A stretch of DNA of 64,000 nucleotides from Phoronis australis (Eukaryota > Animalia > Phoronida), in contig NMRA01000097.1 in NCBI GenBank assembly GCA_002633005.1, positions 62,001 to 126,000 of the forward strand, read 5' to 3'. Under the pieces are notes generated by a model, which saw only the letters and a program-made list of their open reading frames with translations, was not told the DNA's origin and did not search any database. This document shows, piece by piece, positions 1 through 20,100 of the stretch; positions within the stretch are counted from its first letter, which is position 1; every line of letters starts with the position of its first letter. The position numbers were made by a program, and so were the translations under genes.

Positions 1-633
1 TGTAATGTACACAAGACACATAAAGAAAGTAGGCGGGTGGGCCAGATACATTTTGTGATGTACCAACTAGAACCATTCTTACGCCATAAGGTTTTATCAT
101 CTGATTATAACCGATAGGGAACCCGAGGATGGATTTCCTCCTGGATAAAGTTATCCAATCTGCGAGTTTCCCTCTGAGATTTGGAAAGAGAACTTGGTTT
201 ACAGTTCATACTGACAAAAATACTGAAGCAAATGTCATCTGCAATTCACCAAACAGTGCTCCCATCTTGTGTTCAAATGCAGAACCAATGACAAACACTC
301 GTAATGCTCTAGCGTCATAAATGACAGCCTGTCATTTCCAACTTCTTAAATTCACGATGAATTCGGCAATAAAGATGTGTCATTTCTTCCCAACACAAAA
401 GTCACTTCAACGTACAAATTGAGGGTCACCCTTAAGGAATCGGTGATTCACTTCAACTGTCATCACGTGGCACCAAAATTGGTAAGTATGAATTAAGGAT
501 TCAAATTAGCAGTACCAAACCACAAACACTAACACTCAGTAATTGATAATTCCATTTTGGGACAAAATTTTAGTATACAAAACACTTAAAAAAACAAGAT
601 ATGAGCTGGCATTAGCAAGTTAACACAGAGTAC

Positions 634-2330
<1,697 letters not shown>

Positions 2331-3081
2331 TCAACCACCTTAATCGTGTCTGTCTGCTGAAGATATCTTTGCAAATTTTAGAAAATACTTTATGTAGAAG
2401 AGATTATGTGTCTACATTTAAGCTAAGAATAAAATATAATTTTTATAGCTAATAAATGAAATTTATATTTGTCAAAATTTATTAACACCAGTTTCACTTT
2501 GCCAATAGTAAAGCTCCCATCTAAACATTTTACTGGGGACAAATGCCAGGCAGCGATCCAGTTTACAATACAAACGGGTGTGTGGGAGTCACTGAGAAAA
2601 TATAGAGGCTTCCGGATGTGTTAATATGATGACCAAACTAATCAGCAAATGACAAATTGTCCACTGGCCAGCAATTTAGAGAGGCCTCTGACACAGCACT
2701 CTTCCCTTTCGTGAAACAGGGGTGCCCCCTGTCCTTTACTCGACTGACAACACAGCCAGAAGTGCTCCGGATGCACCACCACAAGGTCGGCACCCTATCC
2801 ATCTGCCCAGGTCTTCATCCAGAGTGGACACCCAGATTAAAACTTAGACTTTAACTAAGATGCCCTGTTCAACATTTAGACCCTCAGGTACAGCAACCAA
2901 GTAAGCATTGGTGTCTCTTTAAACTCTTTTAAAGCAGCTTTTACATTTACACAACTATTTTTGGAGAACTAAAACCTTTTTCCTCACTCACACTATTCAA
3001 CTCAAGCAATCGATACCTTCATTCCCGAAGAATATCTAGCACTCAACGAAATTCCGTATCCAGAAAACGTCTTACTGTTAA

Positions 3082-4761
3082 AGCAGCATGCCACCCAAAA
3101 AACAACCTAATTTGTATCAACTTAGATCGAGTAGTTCTACTCCATAAGGGCACGTACGGTTGCATTACCTGACACCTGACGGTAGACGGAGGTGTTGAAA
3201 TTATCCAATGACGTAATTGATTTCACACGCAGTCTGTTCAGCAGTTCACAACACGAGTTACTGGTGTCAGCTTATTGCTTGAATTCATTGTTTAACACCA
3301 ATAAATCATCAAACATTGATGCAAAATCCTTAAAAATACACCGAGTTCTTATAAAACGTGTTGTTTTATTTTGCTGTTACGAATTTCTTGGTGTTTGGAC
3401 ACACTGTAGCCTACAAAGTTCGGCAGGCCAATGAGGTCCGTAGCAGGAGTTTGGGGTCTGTTCGGAGATAAATTCGAAGTATTTTTCAGTGAGATACAGA
3501 CAGGAGAACCCAGATCTGTGTTGTTTAGACTTGTGATTTTTTGGAGTTCTAAACACACAAAACAATATCCTGGCCAGTGGCTCGGAGCCCGATCGGGCCC
3601 GTCGCGGACGAACTGACTCGTCATATCCCGACCAGAGGCTCGGAAACCAATCAGACATCACGAACATAAACCAGCCAAAGTTGGAAACTAAAATTCCAGT
3701 CAAGAAAATACTATACTAGTGAGTCAAAGAAGTAAAGTGCACGTGATTATGTTGGTGAATTAGCCACGAAACTGCAAATCTACTTACTCATCGGGTGCAG
3801 CGAATTTAGGTTCCGCTTAGGCCACAGAACCGTCAGGGCAGAAGTTGTACATTGACAATCATTATTTGAATAATGTAAATGTAAATAACAATTCCCCAAA
3901 CACCTGGCCATGAGATAGAAATCAAGATGTTTCACAACAGTTTCTGTCAACAAACACTGAATTAGCATGAGCTCACACGGCCTTGGTGTCCCATCAATTA
4001 GTTTTATTGCACCTAAAGCCGGTAATGCAGTGATTTATTCATTGCTGGCTCTCAAATCATTTGCACTCACGAACACTCCAAAGGCATTACACATTGCATC
4101 TAATGAGACAGACTTTGTTTCAGTTTTATATAAGTATTGGTAAGGGTGAGAATAATATATTTTGAAACAGAACGTTCAGTAATAAACGTCAACATGGTAA
4201 CTCGCAATCCCGACTTAGACGAGAGCTCATCCCGACGAAGACTTTGCAGGTGGATTGTTAAGTTTCACAGGCTATCAGTTCGAACAGGAATACAGTGATG
4301 AAGAGATACTAGAGAGGCGAAGTGAACAAGTTCAGACAATGGAACATATGGATAGTTATTTGGTAAGCCGACATTCGGCGTCAGGCACTGTCCCGCGACT
4401 CCAACTGCAGGCCACAGACAGGGAGAAGTTCACAACCTCACATTTGCTATTCACAGCGTACTTTTCATTCTTCCCTATCGCGAGCCACTTCCTAAGCATT
4501 TCGGACTCTCGAGGAAGTCGAAAAAGCGATATACCTGCTTTCCACGCAGCTGCATAGTTCGGACAAGCGGGAACGATGCACCGCAACATAGCGGCATTAA
4601 CTCTGCAAATGAACCAATGACGTCGCTGCGTCGTTTCTCACCTTCCTCACCAGTTAACGCGAAACCTCTCCTCAAGGTAAGGTCGATCGTATGCGAGGCG
4701 ATGTGCATATAGACCGATTAAGACAGCAAAAAGGACCAATTAAATCGGGTGGCATTCTCCT
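3082..4761. mobile_element. Non-autonomous Kolobok-like DNA transposon (internal deletion derivative) with THAP-domain remnant (4589-~4430, -) and KolX/P2X7-C-terminal-like remnant (~4193-4355, +)
   Basis: TTAA on both sides (3078-3081, 4762-4765); 15-bp TIRs AGCAGCATGCCACCC versus rc AGGAGAATGCCACCC (2 mismatches), purine-purine start. Minus ORF MLRCIVPACPNY..GISLFRLPRE..RKW matches the THAP N-terminal pattern; plus-strand acidic ..FTGYQFEQEYSDEE.. resembles the YQFEP-type N-terminus of Kolobok accessory proteins. Confidence 0.72.
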
Positions 4762-5207
4762 TTAACAGTAGCTCTGAAACTCATTGACTTGTCAACAACA
4801 AAAAAGTTAAAACCAATTAAGATAATGATGAACTTCTACATACTCGCATCTGAAAACTGATGACTGCACATTTCATAACATACCAACCTACAGAAAAGTT
4901 TTCAACATAAGGGAGTACTGATATGTACGTCATGTGCATCAAAGTAAGCATGGTAATTTAGACGGTAAGTCTGCCTAAAAATCTGCCTTAATCATTGATA
5001 GGACATTGAACCTGGACCAGTTAGGTACCCCATTTACAGCATTTAGGAAGTTGTAAGAATCCGCAATATATATAATAATAATAGCCTGAAAGCTCAAGCC
5101 CAGTCAAGAGAACAGAGCTTGGCACATAGCATAATATCAACTTGTCGAATACGACCTGGCAAAACTATCAGAACAAAATAAGGAAAGTCTGTGACCGGCC
5201 GCAAGGT

Positions 5208-5208
5208 N
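5208..5208. other. Single N (probable contig join) at which the TRAPPC3 duplicate homology ends
   Basis: GGAAAGTCTGTGACCGGCCGCAAGGT is shared with 11646-11671 up to the N; sequence after the N is unrelated to 11672 onward. Confidence 0.8.
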
Positions 5209-7392
5209 GGCGTGTGTTTGACACGTGTTGCACCGTGGATAAAACTTTAGAATGAGAGTGCTGCTCCGCAGGATAAGCCTGTTATTTGAGCAGCTGTTCA
5301 CGTCTTTGAGTTAACTTATTCTTGTAAGAAGATTTCGCTCAAGTCTTTGGGCCACTGTTTACATTTCTGTTTCTCCATATCTTAGCAACCAGTGCAAAAT
5401 CCATAGCAACCAGTGGCAAGCTAATAAAACCTGCAACACTCCAAGCTGCACAATAGACTTGATCTTTTCAAAGTGATCAAATATCCATGCATTTGGGTAT
5501 GTTGTGAGGTTTTCAATTTTTACTTGGGCCAACCGAGTTCCAGAGTTGTTTTGTAATGCTTGTTTCAGGAGATACAAGTGCTTGCCCAGATGACACCTTA
5601 ACACAAACTTAATGAGTCTCAGAATTTTAGTTTTGTGTTCTGTAATTCCTTGAATATGTTGTATTAACATAAATTATGCTTTTTAGTTGCTAGATACTAA
5701 AGCAGTTGCTGTAGAAACGTGTCCGTGTATAATATATATTTTTGTTTTATGTAAATAAACTTTTGTCAGGCTATAATTTTTTAGACAAGTATATGTGTTG
5801 TGAAAGGTATAACCCCAACACACGCAATTGGGCAACACAAAAATGCTCTAGGCCTTTACCATGGGTAGCTCTTGCAGACATTCTTCACAGGTGAATCTAG
5901 GATTTAAGGGGAACCAACCACAAATTTCGTTGGAAAGTGTATGCATAAGCATTAAAGTGGCATACTCGCAAGGTTTTTTGGTTGGGGGTGAGCCTGTGTT
6001 TGTGCACAAGCCTGTTGCCGTTCATAGAGACTGTGCAAGTGCCCAATTGCTTTTGCAAACTGCGAAGTCTGGTAGCAGTTCTGCTGCCGTTCTGACACTG
6101 GCAGCTGGATGCACTGTACATGGAGGCCATAGACATCACATAGTAGTATTAAGATGCCTATGGTGGAGGCACGTCAATGATTGGGGCCAGCGTTGCCCAG
6201 ATGATGATCAATGAGAGCTACTCTTGTACACTCGTTGGTGGGCTTTGATGAAAAAGCGTAAAACTGAGAGTTGGGCTTGTGCCAATCAGAATGTGGTCAT
6301 TTCACCTCACAGAGCAACATGACAATGGAGACATGCACACCAAGCATCGGGGGCCTACAATTGATTACGCAGGAAGTTCAGTTCTCGAAAAAAAAATATG
6401 CCACTGCAATCAAACTTGCAAATTCGTATCTCACATGGCTTATTCAGTCGAAAGGATACTCTACTTTTAGCAATACTATCCCAAGCTGGTGCTGCCTCCT
6501 ACACAAGTGTTCTGATGAGTTTTGTTCTCTGTACCAAAAAGTAAATCTAGAGATTCAATGTCGGTGGTTTTTCAGTACAGCCATCTGTTAATTTGCCTCT
6601 GGTGTCGAGTCTATCTCGCCGATTGAGCAATGTTTGGAGGTTTCTTTTGAAGGTTGATGAGTGCTTAGTATTAGTTAATTAGCTTAAACAGCGCTACAAT
6701 TCTAGAGTCAATAGAAATTCCAGACTATGGACCAGCAAGGTTTTGTATTTACAACTTGTGATATTTACAAATTTATACATATCGACAAAATTAAATGTAC
6801 AATCTTTTATACATGATAGGTTTCTCTAAAATTACATGACAACAAAAAACATGTCGGTTAACCTACTACAGCACTAGTATTGCACAAGAGGCAATGTCCC
6901 AAAGTACAGGTTGACCTTTGACTTACACCGAGGTCTTACAGAAATACTGATAAATTAATATCCAACAACATTTCTGAGAAAGCACAGACAGCTAGTCTGC
7001 GCAAAACTAAATAGAACATGAACTTCGAATTGAGGCTTTAGCAATGGACAACTCTGCAAAACCACATCACTAGTGAATTGCACTGCAGAAGTTGAATGGT
7101 TCTTGTAGTTGCAATGCCAATGGATGGTCAACATGTCGATTCTATTTCGTAGTTCTTCACACTGAAAAACCGTAGGATGGTCGAATGTACATTCACTTGC
7201 ATAAACCATACCAACAAAAAGAATGTTTTGCTACAAGAGGTGACCGACAGAATCAAAGGCATTAAGAAGTCAATAAAACCCTTGCTGTCATGGCACACAT
7301 TTGGCTTTCAGTGACTGCATAAAAGGCGAGCTTTCCCAGGACTTTAAAATGGATAAAAATTACGTACGTCCAGTTTCTTCGGCCACCTTATC

Positions 7393-13763
<6,371 letters not shown>

Positions 13764-14122
13764 TTTTAAAATAAATCTCCGATGACTGATGTATGCAGCA
13801 GAAACCGCAAGCAATATCAACTCTTTCTACCCAAATCACAATGCGCATGCACGAAAACCTCATAGCTATTCTGTATCGATATTCTTTATTGGCTAAGTTT
13901 ATTAAAAAGGTATAGTTTACAACATATATTAGATTATAGTAATTGGTATTACGCCAAAAACAACCATTTAAATAATAAATAATGATTAATTAGAGAAGAA
14001 GGAAAATTATAATCATATTAATGTCATTTTTATTTAAAGTTATTCAGGGTTTTTGGGAATAAACCAATCACATTATATTTTACAAACACCAAAGGAAGTA
14101 CATGTGTCTACTGCTAAACACG
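13764..14122. promoter_or_regulatory. Putative bidirectional promoter of TRAPPC3 and RWDD1 (359 bp between start codons)
   Basis: Divergent ATGs at 13763(-) and 14123(+); NRF1-like TGCGCATGCA 13842-13851, DRE-like TATCGATA 13874-13881, CCAAT boxes (~13888 rc, ~14064), ETS-like GGAAGT ~14094. Confidence 0.7.
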
Positions 14123-17100
14123 ATGGATTATGCTGAGGAACAGAGTGGTGAAATTGAAGCACTGGAGTCTATTTACTCAGAGGAATTAACAGGTTACCAA
14201 TTTTAGATTCTGTTGGTGACTTATTACTTGCCAGTACTGAGTCCGGTAATACAAAGTGCGGTAATACAAAGGCCTTCGCTAATGAAAAATCACCTTTCTC
14301 CAACCGAGTCTCGAAACTCCCCGTTTGCCGGGTTCAACTTCACTCTTCAACCGACAGCGTCGGTTTCTAAATCCTGGACAATCTAGTCTATTGTTAAGCG
14401 TACCCATGTTCTTTTGTCCGACCTCACAACTCACAGGCCAATTATCTACCACAGCTCAAAGAGTTACTAAATCCATTCATCCAACACTGATCAACGGGTC
14501 TGATCATCAGACTCCATGGTTATTACCCCTCCATGGTTATTGTTTACAATCTGACTCCATTAACATACATACTTGATATTAATATTTTCTGAATCCTCTC
14601 GTCAGGGTGATCATGGTGATTCCAAAAATGTATTACTTGTACCGATTAGGCTCTTTTTATTCATGCATTCACCGATTTTACGAGGTGTTCATTTGCGGCA
14701 GCTGATCTCGAGTGACCGCCATTATAAAACTGCGACACCTGTCGGCAGGAATGATAACTACAATGATCATGCGTGTGTCAAAAAGACCCCAAAATTGGCT
14801 AGTATGTTGAAGATACCGCGTGGCATATGTTAGGGAAACTCTCAGTAAAAAACAGTAATAGTCATTTATAAAGGATTTCCTCTTCAAAACTTCATTAGAA
14901 AAAACATGAGAGTGTGTGTCCTCGAAAACACTTGACATCTCGCGGTTAACCGTTAGTTATCAATCCTGCCGACAGGTGTCCCACTTTTAAAAGTGGCTGC
15001 CTCACTAAATCGGCATTGCAAATGAACGCTTTGGAAAAACTTGGAAATTGTGAATAATAATCGACCAATCAGTACAAGTAATATATTTTTGGAATCACCA
15101 TGACTAGAGGATTCAGAAAACAGTAGTATCAACAGGGCTCGACATAACGAGCTGCAGGTCGCATTTGCGACCCGAAATTTGGAAATGCGAGCTGAGATTT
15201 TTGTCAGCTCGTATAAAGTCGCAAAATGCGACCTGGAATTTCCTACGAATGCGAGCTGAGTTTTTACACTTCTCATTAGATACCTGGCAAATACAAAGCA
15301 GCTCTTGTTAAACCGACCGTTATTTGGTTGTTGCCAAATACAAGTTCAAAAGAACACTAACCGAGAACAGCTCTCTCGATGACTTGTAACCAAGTCGCGT
15401 GAACATGGGATATGCAGAATCGATCTTTGACGCGTTTCATTTGCTAACACTTTCGGCCACTTTTGTAAATTCCCGGATTCGCCGAAGAAAGTTTCGGGCC
15501 ACTGCTTACACGTCGATAAAACTTCACAAAACAACGGGGTTTCTATTAATTATTAAGCGATCACCTTACCAAACTTTGTGGTGGACAAAAATGTTTATTT
15601 TTCACATAAGATGTCCTTATTACATGTACCAAATATCCACGACAATATCCCTGATATCGCACTGCAGCACCGTTAGCGCGCAAGCGGTCCCGNNNNNNNC
15701 CCCCCCCGGCAACTTTTCGCTCCCCGAACCACCGTCGCCATAATATGTTCAGACTCCTATAGAAACAACCTCGTTCCGGATGAAGCGGGCAGTTAAAAAA
15801 ATCATTCCGGGTGGCTAAAAAGGGTACAATGTAGGTAGTAACGATATCCAGAAAGTCACCCCTACCAGATGGAGTTTGCCTCGCAAAATCGTATTACTAT
15901 AACGTTTCTTACCATTGCAGCGTTTTAATATCTTATTACCGCAAACACTGAGGTTAACGACTATGCTCACGCACAAGCCTACTCCCTACCTTTAACGAGT
16001 TTCATAATAAGCGCTCACTGATCTATTAAAAGTCCCCCATTAAATTTTGAGAATTTCCAATTAAGCGCCCACAGTTCAGGCTAGCGCCCACAGTTCAAGC
16101 TAGCGCCCATCATTGCGCACTACAAACGACCGCGTGTGGTTTAAAATTGACAAGCAGCTTATATGGTGTGTGTCACTTTCATTTTGCACAACTTCAGTTT
16201 TCAAAAACGTCTTTTCACAATATGTAAAAACCAAATCCCGGCTTTGTTTTATACCTCGGAAAAAAGTGAACACTAGTGACATGCGTGTCGTTTTGCGACT
16301 GACCTATTTTTCCCGTACTTGGAAGGTATTGAATAGCAAACTCGCGATTACCGGAGTTAGTTTGAATCGTTAACGACTTTGATGACGGCCAGTAGCAGAC
16401 CAGATCTAACAAAATCCCGGATACTTTTTCAACGGGCTTTTTCTCCCTTTTCACATCGCAAATTTAGCTACTCGAATGCACAAGTCAGTTAGAGAGCACT
16501 GATTCAACTTTCACGCCGGCAACTTGCCTTGCGCTCTAAAGACTTTCAATGGCGGTCGTGAAGAACAGTAAGGCCGTACCTGCATGAATGAAGTCAATTT
16601 TGAGATACGAAATTTGTGAGTATTTGACGCTGCAGGTAAGAGCATAATCTAAACATTTTCTCGATGATCTAAAAATCTATTTTGGCGCGTAAAATGGCGG
16701 GAAATTTTTGCGACCTGGCATTTACGAATGCGAGCTGGATTTTGAAAATGCGACCTGGAATTTTGGCTTGGTCGCAAAATGCGACCTGGCGATTTTAGTA
16801 GCGTCGAGCCCTGATCAAGTATGTACGTTAATGGAGTCGGATTGTAAACAATAACTGACTTCATCACATAGACAATGACCATACTCTATGATAGTCTACT
16901 GCTCTAGCTGGCTCAGTGGAGACGATGAAGCTCCTATAGGCACTCCATACGCCAGAAGCTTTTTGGCGAATTATGCCTCACACCGACTAAAACATCAAAG
17001 TCGCGTTATAAATACCTTTTGCGCATAGAGGGATACCTTAGGAGGCCATTGATGTATTTAATTTCTTCCAACTCGATGAAATACTTCCATTGTCAAATTT

Positions 17101-20100
17101 TTTCTTCGAGCAGTCCCTTGTTCACTTCCCAAAATCAGTAACTCACCATTTCTAACACTGCATGCAGCAGGTGGTATGACATATCCCCTGGCGTGGGCAG
17201 TGTAAAAATGGCGAGTTACTGATTTTGGGAACTGAACGAGGAATTGAACGGGAGTATTTGTAGGAGTTGGAAAGAATTAAAGATATCGATGGCCTACTAA
17301 GGTGTCGCTCTACATCCAAAAGGTATTTATAATAACGTGACTTAGACGTTTTAGTTGGTGTGAGGCATAATTCGCCGAAAAGTTTCTGCCATCTACCGAG
17401 CCAGCTAGAAACGGTGGTCATTGTCTACATCACCATCAGTAGGATCAAGGTTTCAGTAGGGATGATCAAAACTGGTGTGTGAAATAGTGTACACCTGAAA
17501 TAGTGTACCTCACCGGTCTGTAAAATTGGAAGAACTATAATTTCAGACATGGGTAAATTTAACGTCTTTACAGGATTTCTCAAATTTGGGACCACCATCT
17601 TGAACCAAAAAATAAGTTATTTTCACTGTCCACACTGAAAAATTTTTTAATTCTGTTGTACATAAAATATTTAGTGCGACGGCTTTTCTAGAAAATATGG
17701 TGTTTATTAGTTCAGTCTATCATAATTACATTATTTTGTGAGGGTGGGTGGGTTATGTTATGAATGTAAAAATGGATGATTTCTAGTTCTGCACTATACT
17801 TTTTATATATTTGTTTTGTTGTAATATAATATAAATGTTAAAGCCATTAAAAACTGAAAGTACGTGCAAGTTGAACTACTAAAATAAAATAGTTTCACAT
17901 CTTTAAGTTTTATGCAACCTAGTGTTGATCTCACTAAACAAATTCTGCTGAAATGCAGCTTTCCTTGAAGTGAGACATGTATCATGAACCTTCTACCCAT
18001 TTAGGACACAGTATGGAGGAGCAATGAATTCATTGTTTCTTAAAAGACAAGTAGCTTCAAATAACTATTGTATCATTTTAATTTCTGTACCAAAGGTGCC
18101 AATAAACAATGTGTCGAGCGATTGTGAGCATTCACAACTAAAATATTAAAAGCCTTTAAAGATAAAAAATGAAAAAGGATAGGTGATGATAAAAATTTTT
18201 GCTGAAGTTGGTGTGAGTTTTCCCCATATGGCTCACAGTCCATAAGTTGCAGGTTTCACAAGCAGTCGGGTCAACAAAACCGAAAACCAACACAAGGCCA
18301 CTGCATGGGAGGCTACTTTTACTCGTCAGTTTGCATGTGACTGACATCATTTGTTCTTTTTACAGTACACTCATCGGACCCACACAGATTCTCCATACAC
18401 GTGTTATCAGAAGACCCAGACCATGCAGGTTTGTTGAGTTGGTGACATTCTGGGTCCTGCTGTTTATGCTGTAGTTTAGGGCTATATGCACTCGTGTACC
18501 ACATATTGGTTTGGTTGCTTATAATTACCACCTACGAGGTTATTCATGTGTGATTCATGGAATTGTATGCACCAAAGTATTCTACAGGCCCCAGATCTAA
18601 TCTATATTCGAAATTAAACTCGAATTGTTGACATTTTTCGTTTTGTGTTCGTTCAAACTCAAGAGAAGTGTCTAGTATAATTCTGTGCTCGAGTATATTG
18701 TTGGTTTCATGGATGATTATTTAATCCGAGTTTGCAAATGATCATTTCAGCATTGAAACTATGAGTTCTAGTCTGATTTTTTGAGTCGGAGCTCGGAATC
18801 TCTGAGCAGGAACCTAAATTAGGCACTCATCTGTATAAACCATATTATTCTTGAGCACAGGATACTAGACACCTATCTTGACCTCGTATTAAAGTACAAC
18901 TGAAAATGTTTAAAATAATATTGAGTTTTATTTCTTTGAGGGCAGCGATTAGACACCAGCCCTTGGTGATTTTTAATGCAGAGGTCAGATTTGGTTGAGA
19001 AAACCTTACACCTAAGATATCAATGGGATTGGAAAGTGTGTGACTTTGAAGTAAAAGATGGGCACCAGCCTTCAGAAGAAATGCAGTCTGGAGAGATAAA
19101 AGCTCATTTTCCTGGTTACAAGGGCAGGGTTTCGACTCTTTTGTATGCTCCGTGGGTAGTGCATGTACATGTATTTGTGACACCTGTCACTCTAATTCAA
19201 ATTTGAATGCGTATGATTCTTAACATTTCATGCTTAATTAGATTGCTTATAAGATTTCCGAAAAAGCCACTGAACTTCAGCAGCCATGGAATTTTTGTAT
19301 TTAACGTAGTCGTCGAATGATTACTTTCTGACCGTGATGTAATGTTGATGCTCTTTACAGCTCAGTGTGTACTGACTTTCACATACACGCCAACATATCC
19401 AGAAGAAGCACCACTGACAGAGATTGAGTCAGAGCAGCTAGATGATGCGGAACAGACACAAGTACTAGATCTTATAAATGAACAGGTATTGCAATAATTC
19501 TTCACTTATTTAGCCTTGAATTTTTAGGTCATTTGCATCTTGAATGAATGACTTCAATTGTAAATCCTCATGCCATTGGCCGTCACGTACGCGCTTTTTG
19601 TATTATATGCCTGGATATTTTCGTTTCTTGTCCTGATACTGGCCTTGACCTAACGATCTCAAAGTAACTCTCCGTTGGCTTATTGTGCTACCGTTTTTAA
19701 TCAGTTTTGCTTACTTGATCCCTATTTTGTGCGTTTTTAAACCGTGTGCTTATCATGAGTATTTGAGTGCAATTTCTATAGTGTAATTCAGACTTCTTTG
19801 CTCGAGTTTTCGATTCTGACCCATTGAGATAATAAGATTATGAATTCTCCGCTTCTGTATAGTTGTGTTGCAAAAATGGACACTGTTGTAGGGTTACAGC
19901 TCAAATAGTGAGGTGGTGAGTCCTTTCTTTGGGAATTAAATTTAAAAAACCACCCATTCTGTAGGAATCAGGTCAGCCATCCCAGTGACCTGTCCTGTGC
20001 ATCCCATTAAGAGCCCCCAGAGCTATACCCAAGGTTGTGCACGGTGTCTTGTTTTATGAAATTTGGTCTTGTGCTTCCTCTTCACAATTTCTGAATAAAA

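Noticed and set aside
4356-4589. THAP ORF as a host THAP gene
   Set aside because: It lacks the final CxxH ligands and lies between TIRs with TTAA duplications.
14102-14122. Upstream in-frame ATG (MCLLLNT) as the RWDD1 start
   Set aside because: The conserved N-terminus begins at MDY (14123); the upstream ATG is probably at or before the TSS, though it cannot be excluded.
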